Below are positions 11,923-21,416 of a DNA stretch of 38,524 nt, one piece after another. Position numbers and translations under genes: made by a program. The notes under the pieces are model-generated. The model was given only the letters and a program-made list of their open reading frames with translations. It did not search any database and was not told the DNA's origin. The stretch lies in assembly GCF_001194135.2 (NCBI RefSeq), contig NC_068994.1:24351747-24390270 (forward strand), read 5' to 3'. Positions within the stretch are counted from its first letter, which is position 1. Each line of letters begins with the position of its first letter. The stretch comes from Octopus bimaculoides (taxonomy: Eukaryota).

Positions 11923-12085
11923 TATACACATGTACACACACCACCTGAACAAGCACACAACACACACACACGTTAGACTCACTCACCCCCATTCACACAA
12001 GAATACGTTAGACTCACCTCCATTCCCACATAACACACTCACACCACACTATTCTCACATACACACACACGCTTGCGTACCTTAG
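11500..12085. repeat. Cryptic CA-rich low-complexity tract with short (CA)n runs
   Basis: Direct reading; source of spurious His/Thr-rich ORFs. Confidence 0.85.
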
Positions 12086-12107
12086 TTCGTTGAAGTCACC
12101 ATTACCG

Positions 12108-14060
12108 TTATTATTATCATTATCATTATTCCTTCGTTGCACAATGCAGGTAAAAAAGCACCGGTGTCTTTAATCATCTGTCAAATCACTACAAGGACCT
12201 CAGACAGATAATACTTTCCTTAAGATGTGCGCTTTGCCCAATAAGGCTGCTTTTTGCAAGACATCAATCTTGCATGAGATTTCCACTTGCCTTAAGAAGT
12301 TTTGAAGTTTCAATAAGATTGAGCCCAACGATCCGATCACCACTGGTGTCATTTTTACATTAACCTCTCGCATTTCATACCGTCTTGCCATTTCCATTTT
12401 CAAGTCAGAGTACTTGGTGATTTTTTCAACCTCTTTACTCGCAACATTCGTGTCATTTGGTATGGCTATATCAATGATCTGACAGTATTTGTCCCTCTTA
12501 CTCAATATGACAATATCCGTCCGACGGGGTTCGGTTACCCGATCCGTCTGAAAATCATAGTCCCAGAGTATCGTTACTTTTTCATCATCCTGCATAACTT
12601 TACTTAGTACATGCTCATATCGGTTCTCTGTTACTTCATATTGGTATTTACAGCATAAGAGCCAATGAAGATACACACGCATATTATCGTGGCGACGCAT
12701 GTATTCTTTTTGTGCAAGGTTCTCACATCCACTTACCAAGCGGGTCACATTTTCACACTTTTTCCACAGAGTCTGCATATCTGGGTGTCAGAAGTTTTAT
12801 AGATGTTATACTTCACTGAAATTGTAGCGAGAGCCTGGTCTAGTGCAGCAATGATCAGACTTTCGGTGGTACTTTTCAACTCATTTCGCTCAATCCATGC
12901 CCACGATGCTGTATTATCCTTAACGTCTTGTGTATTCCTTTCAAACTGTCCATGCATTCTCATTTCAAGAAGGTCTTTTTTTCTCTTCTCAGCTCTTTGG
13001 TTAAACTCTTCCTTGCCCATCATTTCATCTGCATTTACACCCATATCTTTCGCGGCATATTGCAGCAGGTCTTCATCACTATTTATCAAATACTCGGCAA
13101 GCGTTCTCCTTTCACTCCTTATACAATGGTTTATACTAATTAGTCCTCTGCCACCATTCTTTCTTTTCCTTTCCAGTCTGTTCACATTTGCTTTAGAGTG
13201 TAGCGCCACATGCAGCGTCATCAACTTTCTCGTCCATCTATCCAGTGTTGACATTTCCTCCTTAGTCCATTTGAGGATGGACGCACTATATCTGACCACG
13301 GCAACTGCCTAGATATTCATCGCTGTAATCATTCAGGTTGGATTTCAAAACCATCATCGTATTTTGATACGCCTCACTGGCCTTGACCTTCACTTATCTG
13401 TGTAGAATGTCATCCAGCTCCAAAATCCTTAGATATCTGTACCCACTACCGTCGGATTCACCTATGGTCTCTCCTGATGGTAACCGCAATCCTCTGCAGG
13501 ATGCTTTCTTTCATATTAAACACTGAGCATTTAGTAATCTCAAATTCCATACCAATGTCCCTACCACACTTCTGGACTGTTTTGTTTGAGGAATCTATCT
13601 GTTTTCCCATTTCCCAAACAATTTCAGGTCATCCATAAAGAGAAGATGGTCCAATGATGGGCCTTTCTTTCCTAAGTGTTATTGTGATGGGTATTAGTGC
13701 AATTACAAAGAGTAACGGCGAAAACGAGTCATCTTGAAAGATTCCCCTTTTAATATCAACTTCTCCAAGGAATAAGTTACTTGAGTACAATTTGGTTTTC
13801 CACTCTTCCATGCTATGCATCAGAAAATTTGTGATGTTGTCAGTAACACCAAACATCTGCAAGCATTAAACTATTCAAGAATGAGATATCATATCATATG
13901 CCTTCTTAAAAGTCAATCCAAGTCACAGACATGTTTGTGTGATGTTTTTTACAATGACTCAAAACTGTTTTATCGATGACCATGTAATCTTTGATACTCT
14001 TAGAACTCTTCCTACATCCTTTGTTCCCTTGGTAGTATTTCTTCCTGTGCCAGGAAAGTA
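12108..14060 (-). mobile_element. R4/Dong-like RLE LINE, 5'-truncated, RT + CCHC + RLE + TAA-like tail, pseudogenised
   Basis: Minus strand: EQKGCRK, IDxKKAYD, RGIFQDDSFSPLLF, HLLFMDDLKLF, RYSASILKWT..DRWTRK, CRLCGK..HxxSGC..RHD, RxDIV..IIDIAIP..EKITKY; 3' tail AATAATGATAATGATAATAATAA at ~12108-12130. Confidence 0.92.
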
Positions 14061-14120
<60 letters not shown>

Positions 14121-14130
14121 TATTATTATT
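14061..14130. repeat. (ATT)n microsatellite; tail of one Dong-like copy and 5' flank of the next
   Basis: Direct reading. Confidence 0.95.
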
Positions 14131-14528
14131 GCCTTTGCACAGCTTCTAACGCTAGAGATGTACTACAGTGTCAGGGAATTAAGGTAACACCTCTTATTTT
14201 TCGAGCACCTTCTGGAGTATTCGAGCGGTTCCAAGCAGTGCTGTTTTCTGCAAGTGCTCCACCCTTATTGCAGCCCCCTATTTGTTCCACGTACTTCTCG
14301 AGATTTTTGTTTACTATTCCCAGGTCTACTGCTACCTTTTTCATCGACCACAACTGCTTAACTTCCCAAGCTAACCTGTCATATCTCTCGACTTTTCTTT
14401 CTTCCTTATCGCATACCTTGTTGTCAGCTGAGCATGCTATATCTATGATCCAGCATAGTTTGTTTTCTTTCTCAGTTAAGATTATGTCCGGATTCTCTAT
14501 CTCATGGTCGCACTGAATCATAAAATAC
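14131..14528 (-). mobile_element. Short 5'-truncated R4/Dong-like copy (RLE domain and 3' UTR only)
   Basis: MIQCDHEIENPDIILTEKENKLCWIIDIACSADNKVCDKEERKVERYDRLAWEVKQLW; flanked on both sides by (TAA)n. Confidence 0.85.

Positions 14529-14529
<1 letters not shown>

Positions 14530-14565
<36 letters not shown>
14530..14565. repeat. (ATT)n microsatellite
   Basis: Direct reading. Confidence 0.95.
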
Positions 14566-15375
14566 GAGTGAGAGAGCATTGCATGCCATCAAAGTGACAC
14601 TGGGGTAAAATATACGAAGCTCATTATACCCATTCAAATGTGGACAAAAGGGTCACGTCCGTTCCGACTGCTCCAAAAAGAAGTCTAACAGCAATGCGAG
14701 TGACGCCCCTCCTTCGAAAGCAAACGTAGAAACGAAAAATGAAAACGCAAAGAAGGAAAAAAAAAAAGAATTGAGGCGGAAAAAAAGAAAACAAACCAGA
14801 AACAGCAAGAAGAAGCACAAAAAGGAATTACAGAAGAAAGAATAAGCCAAGAGACAAGTACAACGGAGAGAAACGAACCCGCAGATATGGAGTTCACAGT
14901 AGTGTCAAATAAAAGAAAAAAACAAAATAAACCTGATTCCCCTCCCCAAACAAAAAAGAAAACAAACACACAGACACAAGAACAAAAAAACCACCCAATT
15001 CCACCCTCCCCATACAACGTTTATTGGAAAGGAATTTATGAAGCCAATAAACCCAGCTGCAAAGAAAAAGTTGAAAAAAAGAGACAAAGTTGTTGCGGTT
15101 GACCGTAACAACGAAAAAATAGTAACATTCTTCCAAAGAAGTGAATATATAGAAATGTTCAAATGCGATAAAGACTAGTACCGTTATGCAAAAATAGGCA
15201 AAGAGCACTGGGACAGTAAACTGGTGCAATACAATAATAGATGTGACAACGTACTATTGGGAGAATAAATTGCCAATCAGCCCAGCAGAGACGGGGAGCA
15301 GAGACGGGGAGCAGGTAAACCTAAACCGCCATGCTCCCTCATGCAAACGTAAGTAAAACTTAATTTATTTCTCCT

Positions 15376-18300
15376 ATGATTAAGTTAGGCTGCTTGAATG
15401 TGCGTGGAATGGGGTCGAAATGGAAACAGGCTTGTTTTCGGGACGACCTCATTTCACATAGAATAGATGTGGCTGTTGTGACCGAGTCCAAGATAAAGGG
15501 ACCTGAAGCGTTCTCGCCCCTCCTCAATGGTTACGAGAAATTCATTTCTCCGAGCCGAAGAGGAGGTGCAGGCGTGGCAGTCCCGATCAGGAAGAGCTTG
15601 GGCTTACAGACAAGTACTGTCTTTTTGGACCCAGAAGGTAGGCTGGTCGTCCTCGATGTAACACACGAGAGTAAGCAGTCCTTCAGGCTGGTAGCTGTCT
15701 ATGCTCCTAACGAGCATGGGCAGTCTGGTTTTTTCCGGAACCTGGAGTACTTTCTACTGACGTCAAAAACGATAGTTTTGTTAGGGGGCTTCAACACTAT
15801 CTGTGATGCGTACATCAATAGTGTAGGCTCCACCAATAGAAAAGAGAATCCATGCCTCAAGAGTCTACTAGAAAGCTTTAACCTAGTAGACCGCTACCGA
15901 CTGGAAGAGCCGAACGTTCCACAGTGGACGTGGAGTAACAACGACGGCTCACACAGACCGTACATAAACAGAATATTCGTTAAGGAAAGAGATAAGAATA
16001 GTTTTAGTTGTCCACATTTTTGCATTGTGTCTTACACGGATCACAAGCTTGTGACGTGTGAGGTACAGGTAGATAAGTGTCATAGACAGGGCCCCGGGTA
16101 TTGGAAAATGAACAACTCTATTTTGACCTGTGAAGCTTTCCGTACACGGGTTAAGGAGTTAGTTCAGAGGGCGTTATGCAGCACCATCATTAATAATAGA
16201 TGGTGGCTAGCCCTCAAGAGAGCCATCCGTCTTGAGTTCATTAGATTTAGCAAGCAGCTAAGTTTAGATAGGACTAGAATAGAGGGTGACTTAGTCAAGA
16301 GCCTAGACGAGGCAATGGAATCTGGCTCCGTACCTGGAGTGGTGGCGGCGAGAACGGTCCTGTATCGTCACCTCAATGCCAAACATGAAGGGTGTCGAGT
16401 TAGAGTTAAGGTACGCGCCGGGAAACGAGAAGGTATTAACGTAGCCAGATGGGCTCGTCATGCGGAGAGTCAGAAGGGCAAAAAGTCCTGTATTAAGTCN
16501 NNNNNNNNNNNNNNNNNNNNNNNNNNNNNNNNNNNNNNNNNNNNNNNNNNNNNNNNNNNNNNNNNNNNNNNNNNNNNNNNNNNNNNNNNNNNNNNNNNNN
16601 NNNNNNNNNNNNNNNNNNNNNNNNNNNNNNNNNNNNNNNNNNNNNNNNNNNNNNNNNNNNNNNNNNNNNNNNNNNNNNNNNNNNNNNNNNNNNNNNNNNN
16701 NNNNNNNNNNNNNNNNNNNNNNNNNNNNNNNNNNNNNNNNNNNNNNNNNNNNNNNNNNNNNNNNNNNNNNNNNNNNNNNNNNNNNNNNNNNNNNNNNNNN
16801 NNNNNNNNNNNNNNNNNNNNNNNNNNNNNNNNNNNNNNTGGGGATGTCCTGGCTAGCGTCTATGCGAACTGGCAGCAGAATGGGAGTATTCCCAGCTCTG
16901 TGAGCCGGGGAGTGGTGACGCTGGTCCAGAAAGACCCAAGCAAGGGGGACAGCATTAGTAACTATCGGCCCATAACTCTACTTGACGTAGAGTTAAAGAT
17001 TTTGGCCAAGGTGCTAGCGAAAAGGTTGACGGCTGTTGTGGGGAAGCTTGTTGGGAAGGCATGACTTGTGCAATCCCAGCCAGGATGATCGAGGACAATC
17101 TTCACCTTATCCGCTACACCTTAGATAGGGCAGGGAAAATAGCCGGTAAGGGAGGGGCATTGGTCCATTTAGACCAAAGTAAAGCGTTCGATAGGGTAGA
17201 CCACCAGTACCTGGGGGCTGTCCTCGAGGCGGCTGGGCTAGGCCCAGGCTTTCGCGGGTGGATCTCTGCTATGTATAGCGGCATCAAGTCCACCGTCCAG
17301 ATAAACGGTTACCTAACGGTGCCGTTTTCGATCAAGTGGTCTGTTGGTCAGATGTTAGGTGACAACCCTAATGAGATCGGATGTGGTAGGTTCACTTCTG
17401 CGTATGCGGACGGCGTCACCCTCATCGTGTCCAATGAAGCACAACTACCTCGTGTAGAAGTTGCTTTCCGAAGATACGAAACGGTGGCAGGAGTAAAGGT
17501 TAACAAGGACAAGTCCATCGGTTTGCGCCTCGACACCTGGAGGAACAAGCCGATATCGTCCAGTGTCGTCGGACACTGTACAGATAGTCCTGTTAAGTTG
17601 CTTGGAGTCCTTGGTTTGGTTCAGACTCCCAGACGGAAAAGAATTGGAGCGAGGTGCTGAACAAGGCGGAAGCCATAGTGCGAAAGTGGTCCGGAAGGTC
17701 TCTGTCCTTGAAGGGTAGATCGGAGGTGGTGCAGGTGTTTATAGCATCTGTAATCACCTACCGCCTGTCCGTTGTGCCTTGCCCCGATTCTTGGCTAAGC
17801 AAGCTGGAAAGACTCCTATTCCGCTTTTTGTGGAGGGGAGGAAAGCCACTTGTGAGGCGCTCCGTGTGCTGCCAGGAACCGCTAAAGGGTGGTCTGGGGA
17901 TGCCCTGGCTAATGATGCGCAGACATGCATTGAGGCTGAGACATCTCCGGTGCCACCTGGAGGGTGATAAGGTGTGGAGTCCGCTGGCGGAGGTGTTCTT
18001 GCCGCAACCGACCTCGCTGGAACGTTTAAAACCCGGTCTCATTAAAAGGCGTAATCTGACTTTATGGCAGAAGGAGTGCCGTCAGGCACTCTGGCAGATC
18101 AACAGGATGGGCAAGGCTGGCTGCGGGAATACCACCTCGGTATTCTATAGAGGGCTGGTAGCAGGAAAAAATGACGACGTCTAAGGAAGTGCACTGGGGT
18201 TCGATGAGAACCAACTGACCGACCTGTTCCGAAAACCTTTCAGGCCGGGGTATTTGAATAACTTCCAAAAATCCCCGGCTTGGCAGTGTTACAGGAACGC

Positions 18301-18750
18301 TTTACCTGTTCGTGATAAGTTATCAAGGCACGGTATGGCAGTGCCACCGACATGTCCAAGATGTGAGCTGGACAGTGAAACTATCCAGCACGCTTTTGTC
18401 CATTGTCGGAAGCTTTCGGGCTTGATGATTTACGTCGAACACGTGTTGTCGCATCTGGGACGAGTACAGCTGTCGGTTGGATCTGTAATGAATACTGCCA
18501 ACTGGACTCTCGAAGGAAGGTGAGGCTTGTTTTCTCTGTACGGTAGCAGTGTTGAAAGAGTGCATAGGGAGGACAAGAATGGAAGGTTTTGTGACAGGGT
18601 TCTATATATCCGGCCCCGGTTTGCTGACTTACTTCAGATATCATCTGAAAAGCAAGATGGGCCTAGAAAAGAGGACACTGTCAGCTAGAGTATATGAGCG
18701 AAGATAGAAGGGAGTGATGAAAAAGGTGGGTGCTAGTTGCCCAAATTAAC
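15376..18750 (+). pseudogene. Tx1-type ORF2 (APE endonuclease, reverse transcriptase, Zn finger) with frameshifts
   Basis: EN: LNVRG, VTESK, GVAV, VYAPN, GGFN, YTDHKLV. RT: YRPITLL, LDQSKAFDRVDH, YADG (17403-17414, expected YADD). Zn finger CPRCELDSETIQHAFVHC. Confidence 0.9.
16500..16838. other. Assembly gap inside ORF2
   Basis: N run. Confidence 1.
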
Positions 18751-19031
18751 CATCGAAGAGATAAAAAGTGATCTGCTGAGCCGTATAAGCTGCTCGGATG
18801 GAGAATGTAATTTCTGTATTATTTCAAAAATAAGAAAAAAAGACGGATCTGTTTTAAGTTCTCAATTTTATTACAAGTTTTCATTATTTTAAATTATCAA
18901 ATTGTACATAATAGTCAAAATCAAATTGTAAATAAGCACGATCTCATTCATTTTGTGTAATTGTTTGTCCTGTGCTGTCCTCATCTATGTTCGATCCGTA
19001 GTGATCATAATAAAGATTTTATCTGCCTAAG

Positions 19032-19101
19032 TCGAGTCAGTCCTTAATGATGAGGCAACGGAAATTGCCGAAACTGAGCGGTCAGTATAAGGAATTCTCG
19101 A
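19032..19101 (+). ncRNA. Full-length type I hammerhead ribozyme fold (C3-to-A core variant)
   Basis: TCGAG-tcag-TCCTTA | ATGATGA | GGCAA-cggaaa-TTGCC | GAAA | CTGA-gcgg-TCAG | TA | TAAGGA-att-CTCGA. All stems are perfectly Watson-Crick; GUA triplet with predicted cut after 19087. Confidence 0.85.
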
Positions 19102-19284
19102 TCGATGTTTTCGGGCGATTATAGTCCCTGTCAGTATATATGTATACAATTATTTGCTTTGGCTACCGCATTAGAGCATTTTAGCTCTTATTTCTAGTAA
19201 TGTAGGTGTTTCTAACACCCTAGTCATATTTAATGACATTTATAGTTTCCGTTTTGATAAAACATTGCACTGTTGTCTATGTTG

Positions 19285-19287
<3 letters not shown>

Positions 19288-19359
<72 letters not shown>

Positions 19360-19397
19360 CATGCAGACATTCATACATACATACATACATGAATACA

Positions 19398-19428
<31 letters not shown>

Positions 19429-19450
19429 GTGTATATGATTTATATGTGTG

Positions 19451-19487
<37 letters not shown>

Positions 19488-19500
19488 ATTTATGTAAGTA
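19288..19500. repeat. Compound microsatellite (TA)n, (CATA)n, (TG)n
   Basis: Direct reading. Confidence 0.95.
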
Positions 19501-20703
19501 TGTATTTATGTATGCGTATGTATATTTATTTTTTAATCGATAAATGTTTTTTTTATTGGCAAAGATGAGCTAGGGTCGAGAGTTTCGAACGTGCAATAAT
19601 CAAACAATGTGATAAGTAATATGCAGAAAACTCTCGCCCCTTGTCTGACTTTGTAACTTCTACCGAATAAAAATAATAGAATATATTCATGTATATAGCG
19701 TGCCCTAAGGGCAAGTTATTGTAAGCGAGATAATCACTTCTAGATCAATTATCTCAGGATTTAAAGTTTGAATTTTGAATCGAAGAGTAATGATGAAGGT
19801 GGATAGAATATGCATATTTAATATTTTTTCTTTTCTTATTCATTGCTCATTCTCTTAAACTTTCTGACGATAAGTAATCATGTCTAGCACCATTTCATTC
19901 TTATTTGAAATCATATGCATGACATGACTCGAGGCAAATGAAGCTAAAAGGTTTTACGAGGCGAAACACGTCTTACAGATGGAAACTAATTACAGTTTAG
20001 AATATATTCAATGAATGTGTTTGTTTGTCTTCCCTGTTTTTCTTCTTTTCTACTCGTTACTCCAGACCAAACCAAAAGCAATATGCCACCGTTGTTCGCA
20101 GCGTTGTTCGCATCATATATCATTGAGACGTTTGATGTTGAGGCTCTAATTATTCACAATAACTTCAATAGCATTTTTGCGTGCAAAAACGTTTCCCTGC
20201 GTCCAAGGTCTCTATCAGCTTCTTCGACATTTATTTATTTTTACGACTTGAAATTATTGGCAACTGGTGTGAGAAAATAAAGAATAAACTACAAATCATG
20301 GGTTATTGCTGTTGTTGTTTACCCTCATGTCAACCTAGTCGGGAACATAAGTGATCAGAGCATCTCCCAACATCTCCCAAGTTGTGCTTAGTGGTAGATA
20401 CGACTGTTATATTTAGCATTTCGAGTAACCACAGTGAGGTTCTGCCGTGTGTTATAGTATGAAGCAGCATCACTATATATTCAATAATCCTCAAATCGGA
20501 GAGCTAGCGTCAATGCTGGTAGCAGTGTGGACACTGCTAAAGGGAACTAAGGGGTGACTGATTTAGTATATCAATTAAAAACAGGTACTGTCTAATGAAT
20601 ATCCGTACAGTTTCCATTTACCCACTTTCACTCACAAGTTTTGGTGAGCAAGAAGGAATGGTAAATGACACTTGTTCTTGTTGTGTTGTGGATAAATCCC
20701 GAT

Positions 20704-20882
20704 AGAAGAAGAAGAAGAAGAAGAAGAAGAAGAAGAAGAAGAAGAAGAAGAAGAAGAAGAAGAAGAAGAAGAAGAAGAAGAAGAAGAAGAAGAAGAAGAA
20801 GAAGAAGAAGAAGAAGAAGAAGAAGAAGAAGAAGAAGAAGAAGAAGAAGAAGAAGAAGAAGAAGAAGAAGAAGAAGAAGAAG
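20704..20882. repeat. Pure (GAA)n trinucleotide tract, ~59 units
   Basis: Direct reading, uninterrupted. Confidence 0.97.
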
Positions 20883-21289
20883 GTTGTGTTTCTTTGCGTG
20901 TGTTGACAAACAAGTTTTCAGAGGTAGCAGCGATCCGAGTTGTGATAAAGGATTCTAAGTACGTTTCGTTTTTACGTAGATTCATCTGTATCTTTCCAAG
21001 GCTGATGCTCAGACCGAAATCTTCGCACACCTGGCTGAATCCGCTGGGAAAGGTAGAGAGCTCTGGTATATTTGACTAGCATTTGCAGTAAAGACCTATC
21101 TTGAATGTCATTGCTGAATTTTGATATTTGGAGGGGTTGAAAAGCTTTCCGCTTGATCTAGTAAGAAGAAAAACTTCTAAATAACAATGGGTTGTGAATT
21201 CAGTTTTTCTTAACACAACTGCATAAGCAATTATCCCGAAATTGATGTCGTCAAAGATAATTTCCATCAAGTTTTCTTACTCCGTAGAG

Positions 21290-21416
21290 TACTAGCGTAG
21301 CTAGTGTACCGCCCGGAGCGGCCCTTCAGTTTGCCCCCCACCCAAAAAGATACGTAGTACCTACAACCGACCCAAAGTGGTGCCGCTCCCTCCGCTCCAC
21401 TCCCACTACGCTAGTG
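21290..21416. mobile_element. 127-bp MITE, probably hAT-superfamily
   Basis: TIR ACTAGCGTAG (21291-21300) / CTACGCTAGT (21406-21415); inner inverted repeat GGAGCGGC (21315-21322) / GCCGCTCC (21382-21389); 8-bp TSD CCGTAGAG (21282-21289) / CTGTAGAG (21417-21424). Confidence 0.7.

Larger units (their letters stand above)
14633..19016 (+). mobile_element. Near-complete Tx1/L1-clade LINE (end of ORF1, ORF2, 3' UTR), pseudogenised
   Basis: ORF1 knuckle relic FKCGQKGHVRSDC at ~14633 followed by a Lys-rich tail; ORF2 from ATG 15376; AATAAA at 19009-19014 after an AT-rich 3' UTR. Confidence 0.9.

Noticed and set aside
15285-15314. 13-bp tandem duplication GCAGAGACGGGGA x2 upstream of ORF2
   Set aside because: Only two units; likely local slippage and not an array.
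19573-19640. Imperfect ~14-bp inverted repeat (GGGTCGAGAGTTTC / GAAAACTCTCGCCC)
   Set aside because: Short, imperfect, no TSD and no second copy in the window.
19935-19978. CAAATGA...GCGAAACACGTC hammerhead-like string
   Set aside because: Core has two mismatches and stems I and II do not pair.
21002-21025. CTGATGC...CCGAAAT
   Set aside because: A9 is missing and there are no supporting stems.
20628-21030. Poly-Arg, poly-Leu and poly-Ser ORFs (and similar poly-Ile, Cys-Val and His-Thr ORFs elsewhere)
   Set aside because: Translations of microsatellites or low-complexity DNA.
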